A DNA stretch of 64,000 nucleotides, taken from a virus. Position numbers and translations under genes: made by a program. This document shows, one piece after another, positions 54,550-64,000 of the stretch. The notes beneath the pieces are model-generated. The model worked only from the letters and a program-made list of their open reading frames with translations. It was not told where the DNA came from and did not search any database. Within the stretch, counting starts at the first letter, position 1. Each line of letters opens with the position of its first letter. The DNA lies in the IMG/VR virus record IMGVR_UViG_3300011113_000123, positions 32,001 through 96,000 of that record. One strand, written 5' to 3'.

Positions 54550-55287
54550 ATGCCACTTTGGGGTTTTTCAAGAGAGTCAACACAGGTAGCTTCTGGTGCA
54601 AACACAGTAGCTTCTATCGTTAAGGGTTATCGCCCACTTCCACGCGCATCAGGTTCGGAAGAGCCAGATGTTGGTGGAAACATTCAGAACGCTAACAAGC
54701 GCAACATAATTGCAACAACGGTTGGATGGGTTCGTCGTGTTAACAGACGCGATACTCACGGTAACCAGCGTCAGATTGATGAAGTTCTTGTAGCAGCTGC
54801 ACCAGGCGGCGGATTCTATTACACGTCAAACACACATCTAGGGCGCCCAGATATCGTAGAAATTTTCGTTAAGCCAAACGCAAACGGCGTTATCTCAGCG
54901 AACGTTTCTGCGAACTTGTATGTTGTGTTCAATATGCCAGTTCACCTACGCGCTTCTTCGAACGCGCTGTCGATCAACATTGCAAACACAGCCGGTGGTA
55001 ACAACGGAGTGGCGCGTATTGCTGCTTCTGCTGCTGCGCGCGCAAACGTTGCTAACAACGTTCTCGTGTTCACGATGCCTAAGCTACAGGGTCGCGCGGG
55101 ATCACTGAAGGCCACTTATCATATTAATGCTCAATCGATTCTTGTGACAGGTAATCCACTTTATAATCCAGAACAGGGAACAACCCATGCAGCTAACCTC
55201 GTAATCACAGGTGCAGTTGCTAACGGATTGTCAAACGGCTGGGGTGCTCGTATTACTGACTTCACAGTATCACCAAGAGGCGTTTAA
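54550..55287 (+). CDS. Virion structural protein
   Basis: MPLWG start, GWVRR..EVLVA; CTAAATA late-like site upstream. Confidence 0.6.
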   Translation: MPLWGFSRESTQVASGANTVASIVKGYRPLPRASGSEEPDVGGNIQNANKRNIIATTVGWVRRVNRRDTHGNQRQIDEVLVAAAPGGGFYYTSNTHLGRPDIVEIFVKPNANGVISANVSANLYVVFNMPVHLRASSNALSINIANTAGGNNGVARIAASAAARANVANNVLVFTMPKLQGRAGSLKATYHINAQSILVTGNPLYNPEQGTTHAANLVITGAVANGLSNGWGARITDFTVSPRGV

Positions 55288-55305
55288 TAGGATCGGAGTC
55301 GCTAG

Positions 55306-55686
55306 ATGGCTGACAAAAAGGTTACACAACTTACATCATTGACGACCACAGCGGCTCCAGATCTGCTGATGATCGTTGATGATCCAACGGGAACACCAGT
55401 ATCGAAGAAGATCACAGTAAAGAACTTCTTCGCTACTGTTCCCTCTAATACCGTATTTACTGCAAACGTAACTGCTTCTGGAAACAGAGTGCAGCTTGCG
55501 TCGAATGTAAACATCACCAAAACTCTTACAGCTAACACAGTCAAAATCACGTTTGGTTCTACACCAGCATCAAACAACGCAACGACTGTGGGTATGGCTG
55601 TAGGAGAGATGCGTTTTACTAATACATATCTTTACATTGCAGTAAACGCAACAACGATTAAGAGAGTAGCACTGAGCACGTTTTGA
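55306..55686 (+). CDS. Virion structural protein
   Basis: MADKKVTQL..DLLMIVDDP..SKKIT; YLYIAV..KRVALSTF. Confidence 0.65.
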   Translation: MADKKVTQLTSLTTTAAPDLLMIVDDPTGTPVSKKITVKNFFATVPSNTVFTANVTASGNRVQLASNVNITKTLTANTVKITFGSTPASNNATTVGMAVGEMRFTNTYLYIAVNATTIKRVALSTF

Positions 55687-56132
55687 TGATTGAGCCAATA
55701 CTTGAATTCTTGAAACAAAATAATGCAGCGAGCAATGGTCATAGCGGTCGTAACCTCATCGATCACTTAGTTGGGACCGCAGACCTACTAGCTCAATGGA
55801 ACTGTGATATGGATGTAGTATTGGCTGGCTTGTGTCATTCAGTGTACGGTACAGATTCATATCATACCGTTACCATAGATCATTCTAGGCGTGATGAGAT
55901 ACGCGCTTTGATTGGAGAAAGAGCAGAACGACTTGCGTGGGAATTTGGTAACAGAAAAAACCCACGCATCGTTTCGTTCTTACAGAATAATGAAATAGAC
56001 CTGATAGTTATTGAGTGCGCGAATCTGATCGAGCAACAAGTTGATCCTAGCCAATTAGCTGCTGCGACTGTTGTACAACTACCTGATAATGTTCAAAGAG
56101 CCGTTAACGATTACTTGGGGACATATCACTGA
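55683..56132 (+). CDS. HD-like domain protein (DUF6817-like)
   Basis: HSGR.L.DHL.GT, AGLCHSVYGT, LIGERAERL. Confidence 0.7.
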   Translation: MMIEPILEFLKQNNAASNGHSGRNLIDHLVGTADLLAQWNCDMDVVLAGLCHSVYGTDSYHTVTIDHSRRDEIRALIGERAERLAWEFGNRKNPRIVSFLQNNEIDLIVIECANLIEQQVDPSQLAAATVVQLPDNVQRAVNDYLGTYH

Positions 56133-56467
56133 TGTCAATAGAAGCAGCAGGATCATACGTTACAGCCAAAGCAGTATCCGCAGCAGGAGGAATGTTTGGT
56201 GGACTAGCAATGTTTGCGTTCATGAAACCTAAATCAATTTTAGACGCAACTATTCGCGGCGGCGTCTGCACAGGATCTGCTATCATATTCGCTCCCGTTC
56301 TTTGCGAGTATTTCGAAACATCACAATCAACGAATCATCTTCTAGCTGCTGGAGCAGTTATTGGGTTCTTAGCATGGGGCGTGCTGTCTATGACGGCGCG
56401 CTTTTTCATTAAGGCTGAAGCATCTAACAAAGATATTGTAGAGGCTGCAAAAGAAATAAAAAAGTGA
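56132..56467 (+). CDS. Membrane protein, holin-like
   Basis: Three hydrophobic segments and a charged C-terminus; near the spanins. Confidence 0.55.
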   Translation: MSIEAAGSYVTAKAVSAAGGMFGGLAMFAFMKPKSILDATIRGGVCTGSAIIFAPVLCEYFETSQSTNHLLAAGAVIGFLAWGVLSMTARFFIKAEASNKDIVEAAKEIKK

Positions 56468-56468
56468 G

Positions 56469-56858
56469 ATGAAAGGTAAATTGGACGATTCAAATTTCTT
56501 TCTTTATGCTGCACATCATTATCTAAATCCATGTGTGGACGAGCAAGAGTTCTTAGATGATTTGAACAGGATCAAGAACATTCGTAGGCTGATTGGTCGT
56601 TATGAAAAACACGGCGAGCTGAAGGAGCGATTGATACTGAATCATCTAATGGTGCTCTATAATGTGTTTGAACATAAAGCTATGACGCGAATGCTTGCGT
56701 TTAGGCTGTATGAGTTCTTACCCATACTCAAACCGTTTTTACTCTTGCTGAACTACTGGCCTGAGAAGATAACCGATATAGGATCAACTTGCGAAACGAT
56801 CAGATCAAACGATATCATCATGGATATGCGAGTAGTCGAAATCTTGAGGAAAATCTAA
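56469..56858 (+). CDS. Conserved T4-like hypothetical protein
   Basis: NF.LYAA.HY.NP...EF.DDL.R, LKERLILNH. Confidence 0.7.
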   Translation: MKGKLDDSNFFLYAAHHYLNPCVDEQEFLDDLNRIKNIRRLIGRYEKHGELKERLILNHLMVLYNVFEHKAMTRMLAFRLYEFLPILKPFLLLLNYWPEKITDIGSTCETIRSNDIIMDMRVVEILRKI

Positions 56859-57172
56859 TGATCAAAGAAGATATGGGTGGAGGATTAGGTGGTGCACCTG
56901 GAAGCCCAACGACTAGCGGCATCGCTAACGTAGCAGGAGCGAACGTAAGCACTGATCCTGTTCACTGGAGCAAGCGTCAGCCTAAGATGGGCCCTAAGGG
57001 AACAATGAAGAAGTATGGTCAGCCTATGGTGTTCAAGGCTGTGCTTCGTCGTAAAGAAACTAACGAAGCAACTGTATACTATAAAGCTCTGGGTAAGCGC
57101 GTGAAGGCTGTAAGTCGCACCAGTGCCATGGGTAACGGAAGTGATGGATCGGGAGGAAACGGAGGGACATAG
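56858..57172 (+). CDS. Hypothetical protein
   Basis: GAGGA RBS before ATG 56858. Confidence 0.5.
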   Translation: MIKEDMGGGLGGAPGSPTTSGIANVAGANVSTDPVHWSKRQPKMGPKGTMKKYGQPMVFKAVLRRKETNEATVYYKALGKRVKAVSRTSAMGNGSDGSGGNGGT

Positions 57173-57175
57173 CAC

Positions 57176-57637
57176 ATGGGTATAGGCATCAAGATAGCTA
57201 TAGCAGCTATCCTTTTTTCTGTTGTTTCTGGTGGATACTTCTACATTCAAGCTCTACAGGGTAAGCTAGAGGCGGCTGCTGAAGTGCAGCAGCGTATGGA
57301 AGGTGTGATCACCCAGCAGAAGATTGTAATGGAGCAGACCCAGCGCGACTTGAAACTCATGAACGAAATCAATCAGGATGTAGCCGAAAAGGCTCAGGCT
57401 GCACAGAATGAAGTTAACAATCTAAGCCGCAAACTGTCTCGTCTTGATAGCCTATCTAAGGCCCCTCCTAGCGAAACTGAAATGCGCGTCAATCGCGGAA
57501 CGCGAGATGCTTTGCGTTGTAATGAAATCGTGACCGGTTCACCATTGACAGCTGATGAACTAAGTGGTAAGATTAAGAATAATGTGTGCAATGACCTAAT
57601 CCAATCACTCCTACCAAAGAAGGAGCCAGCAAAATGA
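57176..57637 (+). CDS. Inner-membrane spanin (Rz-like)
   Basis: N-terminal TM, coiled coil, C-terminal cysteines; overlaps a lipoprotein gene. Confidence 0.75.
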   Translation: MGIGIKIAIAAILFSVVSGGYFYIQALQGKLEAAAEVQQRMEGVITQQKIVMEQTQRDLKLMNEINQDVAEKAQAAQNEVNNLSRKLSRLDSLSKAPPSETEMRVNRGTRDALRCNEIVTGSPLTADELSGKIKNNVCNDLIQSLLPKKEPAK

Positions 57638-57975
57638 AAATCGTAGTTGCTGGATTGTGCGCCATGCTACTGGCTGGATGTAGCGAAACAGTGAAAGTGT
57701 TTGATAAGCCAGTATTGGTTGATAGAGCACAACTGATCCTTCCTCCAGTTCAGCCTATCAATCAGGGTGAGATGAAATGGATTGTTATTACCCCTGAGAA
57801 TTATGCTTCTAAAGTGAAAGAGCTGAGTGGAAGAGGCGATGTAGTCCTGTTCGCTCTTAACTCTCAAGGCTACCAGACGTTGTCTATGAACGTGGCTGAG
57901 ATGCGTAAGCATATTCAGCAACAGAACGCCGTGATCGCAGCCTATAAAGAATATTACAAACAGGATAAGAAATAG
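57634..57975 (+). CDS. Outer-membrane spanin lipoprotein (Rz1-like)
   Basis: LLAGC lipobox, Pro-rich stretch, C-terminal YYK. Confidence 0.75.
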   Translation: MKIVVAGLCAMLLAGCSETVKVFDKPVLVDRAQLILPPVQPINQGEMKWIVITPENYASKVKELSGRGDVVLFALNSQGYQTLSMNVAEMRKHIQQQNAVIAAYKEYYKQDKK

Positions 57976-57977
57976 TC

Positions 57978-58006
57978 TTGACAATCTTCCTTGAGCTTAT
58001 TATAAT
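57978..58006 (+). promoter_or_regulatory. Perfect sigma70 promoter for primase
   Basis: TTGACA-N17-TATAAT. Confidence 0.88.
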
Positions 58007-58012
58007 GAACCT

Positions 58013-59020
58013 ATGTCTACTATCACTGATCACAAATATGCACAGATGATCTCGCACAAGCTTCTGCTGTTCAAGCGGAAGTCTGAGCGGGTCTATAACT
58101 TCCGCTGTCCTTTCTGTGGCGACTCACAGAAGAACAAATTGAAAACCAGAGGCTACCTGTTTGAGAAATCAGGTGGACTCATTTACAAGTGTCACAATTG
58201 CGATGTCGGTACTAATCTTGGTAAACTTATTGAGCTCGTTGATCCTGGTCTGGCCAAAGCGTACAGACTAGAGTCCTACAAAGAAAAAGTTTCTTCCAGC
58301 ACAGAAAGCGAAGCGTTCCTGATCCCTAAGACGGAAAAGGAACGTCCTTCTATCATTCTTGACGAGATGCTTCCGCGTCTCGATCAACTTCCTGCGCATC
58401 ATCGCGCAGTGCAATATGCCAAGTCGCGTAGTCTACCGAAAGATCGTTGGAATGATCTATACTACGCGCGAGATTTCAAAGAACTCGAAACGTTGAATCC
58501 AGCCTATGAGGGGCGTTTGGCATCAGACGAACGGCTAGTGATTCCGTTTCGACGCGAGGATAGGTTGCTCACTGGCGTTACAGGTCGCGCTATGGGTAAC
58601 TCATCCTTGCGATATGTTACCATCAGGATCACTGATGATCCGTTGATCTATGGTCTCGATCGCGTGATGCGTGGTAAAACTATATACGTCGTGGAAGGTC
58701 CTATTGACAGCATGTTCCTTGATAATGCTATCGCTGCCGGCGGGACTGACTTCCAACGAGCTCTATATAGTTTGAACGGCGAAAATGTTGTTCTTGTGTT
58801 CGACAACCAGCCGCGCAACAAGCAAGTTGTAAAGCGTGTCGAATCATATGTTCAACGTGGATACCCTATGGTTATATGGAACTCAAGCTGGACATATAAA
58901 GATATCAATGATGCTATACTCTCAGGACTTAGTGTTTCAGCAGTTGAGCATATACTAAATAAATCCACGTTTAAGGGTCTAGCTCTTAAACTCGCAATCC
59001 GAGATTGGAAAAAGTGCTAA
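58013..59020 (+). CDS. gp61: DNA primase
   Basis: NFRCPFCGDS..CHNC zinc finger, VVEGPIDS, FDNQPRN, KDIND. Confidence 0.95.
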   Translation: MSTITDHKYAQMISHKLLLFKRKSERVYNFRCPFCGDSQKNKLKTRGYLFEKSGGLIYKCHNCDVGTNLGKLIELVDPGLAKAYRLESYKEKVSSSTESEAFLIPKTEKERPSIILDEMLPRLDQLPAHHRAVQYAKSRSLPKDRWNDLYYARDFKELETLNPAYEGRLASDERLVIPFRREDRLLTGVTGRAMGNSSLRYVTIRITDDPLIYGLDRVMRGKTIYVVEGPIDSMFLDNAIAAGGTDFQRALYSLNGENVVLVFDNQPRNKQVVKRVESYVQRGYPMVIWNSSWTYKDINDAILSGLSVSAVEHILNKSTFKGLALKLAIRDWKKC

Positions 59021-59080
59021 CGCAGACTCATACTCTGCGAACGGATAACTATTGTCTAAGAAGAAAAAACGGAGTTCCAT

Positions 59081-60988
59081 ATGTCTAATTCTCTACCGAC
59101 CCTCTATCAACAGTTTATTCATCTTTCGCGTTATTCTAGATTCTTGTGGGACGAGGGTCGTCGAGAAACTTGGAATGAAACGATTAGTCGTTTCTTTGAC
59201 TTCTTCGAAACGCATCTCAAGGATCAGCACAACTACGATATCAAGAAATATCGTGCTGGTCTCGAAGAAGCAGTTCTTTCGCAGAAGGTTATGCCTTCCA
59301 TGCGTTGCGTTATGACAGCAGGCGAAGCGCTCAAGCGCGAGAACGTCGCAGCATATAATTGCTCGTACGTCGCAGTCAATACGCCGCGAGCTTTCGATGA
59401 GATTCTATATGTTCTTATGAACGGAACGGGTGTAGGATTCTCAGTAGAATCAAAAGACGTTGAACAGCTACCTATCATTGCAGAAGATTTCCATCCCTCA
59501 GATACAACCATTTTCGTAGCCGACTCTAAGCTAGGTTGGGCTAAAGCTCTCAAAGAACTCATTCATCTTCTCTACTCTGGACAAATTCCTAAATGGGATC
59601 TCAGCAAGATTCGTCCAGCAGGAACTCCTCTTAAGACGTTTGGTGGTCGCGCTTCAGGTCCTAAGCCTCTCGATGCTCTTTTCAATTTCTGCGTTGATAT
59701 CTTCAAGAAGGCCGCTGGTCGTCGTTTGAATACGCTGGAAGCACACGACATCGTTTGTAAGATTGCTGACATCGTTGTCGTTGGTGGTGTTCGCCGTTCT
59801 GCTCTTATCTCTCTGTCAGATCTGAACGATGACCGTATGCGTATAGCCAAATCTGGTCAGTGGTGGGAAAACGATTCGCAGCGCGCACTTGCTAACAACT
59901 CAGCCGTGTACAAAGAAAAGCCAGACATGGGTTTGTTCATGGAAGAGTGGAAGTCTCTCTATGAGTCGAAGTCTGGTGAGCGTGGTATCTTCAATCGTGC
60001 TTCTGCAAGAGCTACTGTAATCAAGCACGGTCGTCGCGATCCGAACTATGAGTTCGGTACTAATCCTTGCTCCGAGATCATTCTACGCGATAAGGAGTTC
60101 TGTAATCTTACTGAAGTTATCATTCGCGAAACCGACACTCTCGAAACACTGAAGGAAAAGGTCTATTGGGCTACTATCCTTGGCACATGGCAGTCAACGC
60201 TGACGAACTTCCGTTATCTGTCTTCAGCGTGGAAGAAGAACTGTGAAGAAGAGCGTTTGCTTGGTGTATCTCTAACAGGAATCATGGACAATGACCTCAC
60301 AAACGGAAAGCTCCCAGGCCTTAGCGATCGCTTGGAACAGCTTCGTGAAGTTGCAGTCGCCGCGAATGCAAAGGTTGCTAAGGAGCTGGGTATTCCAGTA
60401 TCTGCTGCTGTTACCTGTGTTAAGCCTTCTGGCACTGTTAGTCAGCTTTGCGATAGTGCTTCTGGCATTCATGCTCGCCACAGTCCTTACTATATCCGTA
60501 CCGTTAGAGCTGATAAGAAAGATCCGCTCGCTGCACTGATGATTGATGCTGGTGTTCCAGTTGAAGATTGTGTGATGCGCCCAGACAACGTCTATGTGTT
60601 CTCTTTCCCAATGAAGGCTCCTGAGAACGCAGTGTTCCGCACAGACATGAGCGCAATCGAGCAGTTGGAACTTTGGGTTACGTATCAGGATCACTGGTGC
60701 GAGCACAAGCCTTCTGTCACTATCTCCGTCAAGGAACATGAGTGGCTCGACGTTGGTGCATGGGTCTATAATCACTTCGACAAGATGTCTGGTGTTTCGT
60801 TCCTTCCGTTCAGCGATCACGTTTATAAGCAGGCTCCTTATCAGGATTGCTCGAAGGAAGAGTACGAAGAATTCGCAGCTAAGATGCCTAAGATTATTGA
60901 TTGGGCCAAGCTCAGAGATTATGAAAAGACTGATACTACGACAGGAGCGCAGGAACTTGCTTGCGTGGCTGGCGGGTGTGAGATCTGA
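59081..60988 (+). CDS. nrdJ: Class II (adenosylcobalamin-dependent) ribonucleotide reductase
   Basis: YNC, GTGVGFS, VVVGGVRRSA, TNPCSEI, VKPSGT, C-terminal CVAGGC. Confidence 0.93.
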   Translation: MSNSLPTLYQQFIHLSRYSRFLWDEGRRETWNETISRFFDFFETHLKDQHNYDIKKYRAGLEEAVLSQKVMPSMRCVMTAGEALKRENVAAYNCSYVAVNTPRAFDEILYVLMNGTGVGFSVESKDVEQLPIIAEDFHPSDTTIFVADSKLGWAKALKELIHLLYSGQIPKWDLSKIRPAGTPLKTFGGRASGPKPLDALFNFCVDIFKKAAGRRLNTLEAHDIVCKIADIVVVGGVRRSALISLSDLNDDRMRIAKSGQWWENDSQRALANNSAVYKEKPDMGLFMEEWKSLYESKSGERGIFNRASARATVIKHGRRDPNYEFGTNPCSEIILRDKEFCNLTEVIIRETDTLETLKEKVYWATILGTWQSTLTNFRYLSSAWKKNCEEERLLGVSLTGIMDNDLTNGKLPGLSDRLEQLREVAVAANAKVAKELGIPVSAAVTCVKPSGTVSQLCDSASGIHARHSPYYIRTVRADKKDPLAALMIDAGVPVEDCVMRPDNVYVFSFPMKAPENAVFRTDMSAIEQLELWVTYQDHWCEHKPSVTISVKEHEWLDVGAWVYNHFDKMSGVSFLPFSDHVYKQAPYQDCSKEEYEEFAAKMPKIIDWAKLRDYEKTDTTTGAQELACVAGGCEI

Positions 60989-60990
60989 GC

Positions 60991-61146
60991 ATGGCAGAAA
61001 AAGATCTGTCCTGCCCTTGCGGAGAATACGATTATACAGTGATATACGAAAAACGTGGAAAGAAAGCTACTCCTCAGTTCTGTCCCTTTTGTGGGGCAGA
61101 CGCTGAGGAAGACGAGATACAAGAGTTAGAGGAAGATGATGAATAG
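60991..61146 (+). CDS. Small zinc-ribbon protein
   Basis: CPCG...CPFCG with acidic tail, 51 aa (translated by hand). Confidence 0.65.
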   Translation: MAEKDLSCPCGEYDYTVIYEKRGKKATPQFCPFCGADAEEDEIQELEEDDE

Positions 61147-61852
61147 CGGCATATCTTTTATCATACCTTGTTACAACGAAGAGCAGTTCATTAGAGATTG
61201 TGTTCGTTCTATCAAAGAAGATACACAAGGTATGCCTAACATTGAGATCATCGTTATTGATAATAACTGCACTGATGCAACAGCAGATATCGCAAGAGAT
61301 GAAGGTGCGATTGTTATTAGCGAAGAACAAAAAGGCGTTGTCTTCGCTAGACAACGCGGCTATCTAGAATCTAAGTATGATCTAATAGCAAACATCGATG
61401 CTGACTCTAGGATCCCTTTGGGATGGACCAAAACTGCGCTTAGAACTATGTCTGATGAATCTGTTGTTGCAGTAACAGGTCCGCTGATTTATGATGACGC
61501 ATCTTTGAAACTTAGATTCGCAGTAAGATTATATTACTATCTTGCTTATATCAGTTGCCTACTGATTGGAGTATTTCTTCAAGGCGGAAATTGCTTGATT
61601 AGAAAGTCTGCGTTAGATGAATTGGGTGGTTATGATACTTCTGTAGCTTTTTATGGTGAAGATACCATGACTGCGAAGAGGTTAGAGCGTTATGGTAAAA
61701 TCAAGTTCAATATGAAACTGAATCTTTTCTCATCAGCAAGAAGATTGGAAAAGCAAGGCGTTCTGAAGACAACATGGTTATATCTCGTGAACTATTTGTA
61801 TGTGACTGTGAAGAACAAACCACATACTAACGAGTATAAGGACTTCAGATGA
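61136..61852 (+). CDS. Glycosyltransferase family 2
   Basis: IIPCYNEE, IDNNCTD, IDADS, GGYD, GED, SARR. Confidence 0.88.
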   Translation: MMNSGISFIIPCYNEEQFIRDCVRSIKEDTQGMPNIEIIVIDNNCTDATADIARDEGAIVISEEQKGVVFARQRGYLESKYDLIANIDADSRIPLGWTKTALRTMSDESVVAVTGPLIYDDASLKLRFAVRLYYYLAYISCLLIGVFLQGGNCLIRKSALDELGGYDTSVAFYGEDTMTAKRLERYGKIKFNMKLNLFSSARRLEKQGVLKTTWLYLVNYLYVTVKNKPHTNEYKDFR

Positions 61853-62586
61853 AATCTTATAAGACAGTGTTCATTTCCGACATTCATCTTGGCACTAAAA
61901 TGTGCCAAGCACAAAATCTGCTAGAATTCTTCAAGACGTTTGAATGCGAAAGGATGTACCTTGTAGGAGACATCATTGATGGCTGGGCTATGCGAGGAAA
62001 GAAGTATTGGCCTCAACATCACAACGACGTTGTCCAGAAGTTACTAAGACGTGCAAGAAAAGGCACAGAGATTATCTATATTCCTGGTAATCACGACGAG
62101 TTCATGCGCGAATACTGCGATGCTGAGTTTGGTCATATGTTATTGCAGAAAGAAGCGGTGCATGTAGGCGTAGATGGTAAGATCTACTACGTTACTCATG
62201 GCGATCAGTTCGATGTCGTGATCACGAACGCCAAATGGTTAGCACATCTCGGTTCGTGGGCATATGACGTAAGTATTATGATCAGCCTAGGATTGAATAA
62301 GATACGTCATGCTCTAGGTATGCCCTACTGGTCTCTATCTTCATACCTTAAGCAAACTGTGAAGGAGTCTGTGAACTTCATCGGCAACTACGAAGAGACG
62401 CTTTCAGACTATGTTAGTAAGAAGGGTTACAATGGTATTATTTGCGGTCATATACACCATGCTAATATTCGTGATATTAGCAGCGTTAGATATATAAACT
62501 GCGGCGATTGGGTTGAAAGTATGACCGCTATCGTCGAGCATCATGATGGGCGTTTTGAACTAATAGAATGGAAATCAAATGAATGA
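61849..62586 (+). CDS. PlcP-like metallophosphoesterase (LpxH superfamily)
   Basis: ISDIHLG, GDIIDGW, HNDVVQKLLR.ARKG, GNHD, HGDQFD, YWSLS, CGHIH, N.GDWVES. Confidence 0.85.
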   Translation: MKSYKTVFISDIHLGTKMCQAQNLLEFFKTFECERMYLVGDIIDGWAMRGKKYWPQHHNDVVQKLLRRARKGTEIIYIPGNHDEFMREYCDAEFGHMLLQKEAVHVGVDGKIYYVTHGDQFDVVITNAKWLAHLGSWAYDVSIMISLGLNKIRHALGMPYWSLSSYLKQTVKESVNFIGNYEETLSDYVSKKGYNGIICGHIHHANIRDISSVRYINCGDWVESMTAIVEHHDGRFELIEWKSNE

Positions 62587-62770
62587 ATCCCTGATGAGCA
62601 TCAATGAACGTTATAGCATGCTGCTCGATAAGTTTGAATCTATCCGCGCTAATGTTCATCTCGTTGCTGGTGAAGAGCTAGAGTTCGCTATGAAGGAAAT
62701 GGATAAGATAGAAACTATCTTGAAACAGCTTGAGGACCTATACCCAGAGGACGTTTCACGCCATATATAA
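62579..62770 (+). CDS. Hypothetical coiled-coil protein
   Basis: Overlapping operon packing. Confidence 0.5.
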   Translation: MNESLMSINERYSMLLDKFESIRANVHLVAGEELEFAMKEMDKIETILKQLEDLYPEDVSRHI

Positions 62771-62774
62771 CTGT

Positions 62775-63239
62775 ATGGCCAGTTATGATAATCCTTGGAC
62801 TTTTAACGGAATAGAGTTTGACAGTGAAGATATCGGGAACTCCTATGGGTTTGTGTATCTTATTACGACGCCAGAAGGCCAGAAGTATGTCGGAAGAAAA
62901 TACTTCTGGTCAGTCCGCAAAGTACGCGGAAAGAGTCGTCGCCAGCGATCTGAATCCGACTGGAAAACTTACTATGGATCCAGTGACGCCCTCAAGGCTA
63001 AGATCAAAGATTCTGACAAATCCCTCTTCAGACGCGAAATAATTTCTTTACATTCGACTAAAGGTGATGTGAACGTAACTGAAGTCCGACTACAATTTGT
63101 TATGAATGTGTTGGAGGACGAGTCTTTCATCAACGAAAATGTTAATGGTAAGTGGCATCGGCCTCCAGATCACATTGTCGCGAATCGTCGTATTTCTGCT
63201 GAGTACATGTTAATTTTTAGAAAGGATATAAATGTATAA
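62775..63239 (+). CDS. denA: GIY-YIG endonuclease, endonuclease II (DenA)-like
   Basis: YGFVYLIT...KYVGRK, ESDWKTYYGSS, FRREII, E..LQF, N.NVNG. Confidence 0.75.
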   Translation: MASYDNPWTFNGIEFDSEDIGNSYGFVYLITTPEGQKYVGRKYFWSVRKVRGKSRRQRSESDWKTYYGSSDALKAKIKDSDKSLFRREIISLHSTKGDVNVTEVRLQFVMNVLEDESFINENVNGKWHRPPDHIVANRRISAEYMLIFRKDINV

Positions 63240-63462
63240 GAAACGATCAGGTTTCGTTAATGGTAGACCATTATATGGCTGGTCGACTGGTAAGCAAACA
63301 AAACCGAATGATTATTATAATCCTTATAAGCGCGATCCACACTTTACTGGTGGAATGAACCGAAAGATACATGAAAGCAAAAAGAACGGTCTTTATTGGT
63401 TGACAGATGAAGAAAGAGAACGTATGATACAGGAGTATATGGAGAACAAAGAAAATGAGTGA
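63232..63462 (+). CDS. Hypothetical protein
   Basis: AAGGA RBS; overlaps both neighbours. Confidence 0.5.
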   Translation: MYKKRSGFVNGRPLYGWSTGKQTKPNDYYNPYKRDPHFTGGMNRKIHESKKNGLYWLTDEERERMIQEYMENKENE

Positions 63463-64000
63463 AACCGATTCTCTGCCCTCGCATCTAGGCGGACATCTCA
63501 ACAAGACGCATAACGATCGTGGTCTTCTCCAGTATCTTATTGGAGAATACAAAATCAAGTCGTTCCTTGACGTAGGTTGTGGTCCTGGTGGTATGGTCGC
63601 GCTCGCGGGAATGCGCGGGCTCGAAGCTGTTGGCATCGACGGCGACTGGGAAGTTCCTAAAGAGCCAGACACGAATATCGTTATCCACGACTTTACCACT
63701 GGTCCTTGCCTTCTGACGAAAGCTCAGTTTGATCTTGGTTGGTCTGTAGAGTTTCTAGAGCATGTCGAAGAGCGATACATGGATAACTACATGGCTGCGT
63801 TCCAGCGATGCAAGTATGTTGTATGCACTGCTGCGCCGCCAGGCTATCCCGGGCATCATCACGTAAACTGTCAGACTGAGGAATACTGGATTAAGAAGTT
63901 CGACAGTTACGGATTCGATTTTGATCTGCAACAGACAGTTACAATCCGCGCAATGTCTACTATGCAAAAGCCGTTCATGCAAACCACAGGAATGTTCTAC
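63455..64000 (+). CDS. Class I SAM-dependent methyltransferase (partial, runs off the window)
   Basis: Hand translation: FLDVGCGPG, GIDGD, SVEFLEHVEE, GHHHVNC. Confidence 0.8.
   Translation, partial: MSETDSLPSHLGGHLNKTHNDRGLLQYLIGEYKIKSFLDVGCGPGGMVALAGMRGLEAVGIDGDWEVPKEPDTNIVIHDFTTGPCLLTKAQFDLGWSVEFLEHVEERYMDNYMAAFQRCKYVVCTAAPPGYPGHHHVNCQTEEYWIKKFDSYGFDFDLQQTVTIRAMSTMQKPFMQTTGMFY

Overview
This 64 kb window comes from a large T4-like (myovirus) phage genome, and essentially all real genes lie on the + strand. The host is probably an alphaproteobacterium (inferred from a ROSE-type thermometer, a DUF1127 protein and a PlcP-like enzyme). In order, it holds: the tail and head module (end of gp18, gp19, gp20, an inserted cluster of collagen/fibre genes, gp67-like, gp21, gp22, gp23, gp3); recombination and late transcription genes (uvsY, uvsW, gp55, gp47, gp46); a DNA-modification pair; an early hypervariable region driven by repeated TTGACA-N17-TAnnnT promoters; a vWA/MoxR pair and bS21; the replisome (gp45, gp44, gp62, regA, gp43, uvsX, gp41, gp61); lysis and cell-wall enzymes; one tRNA(CAU); a late block of putative internal-head proteins; Dps; class II RNR; and a PlcP/glycosyltransferase pair. 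The strongest leads are four. (1) A probable carboxy-SAM-dependent DNA cytosine carboxymethylation pathway: a C5-MTase with Asn-to-Arg in motif X, coupled to a CmoA-like synthase, plus a stand-alone asparagine-synthetase-like amide ligase next to the polymerase. (2) A conserved 53-bp antisense perfect-consensus promoter element present twice with no ORF downstream (candidate R-loop origin or antisense RNA). (3) A late locus with a capsid-targeted ligase-fold protein and a nucleotidyltransferase polyprotein whose leader has two copies of an unexplained RNA hairpin motif. (4) A phage-borne lipid-remodelling pair. All calls are from motif recognition by eye; no database searches were run.
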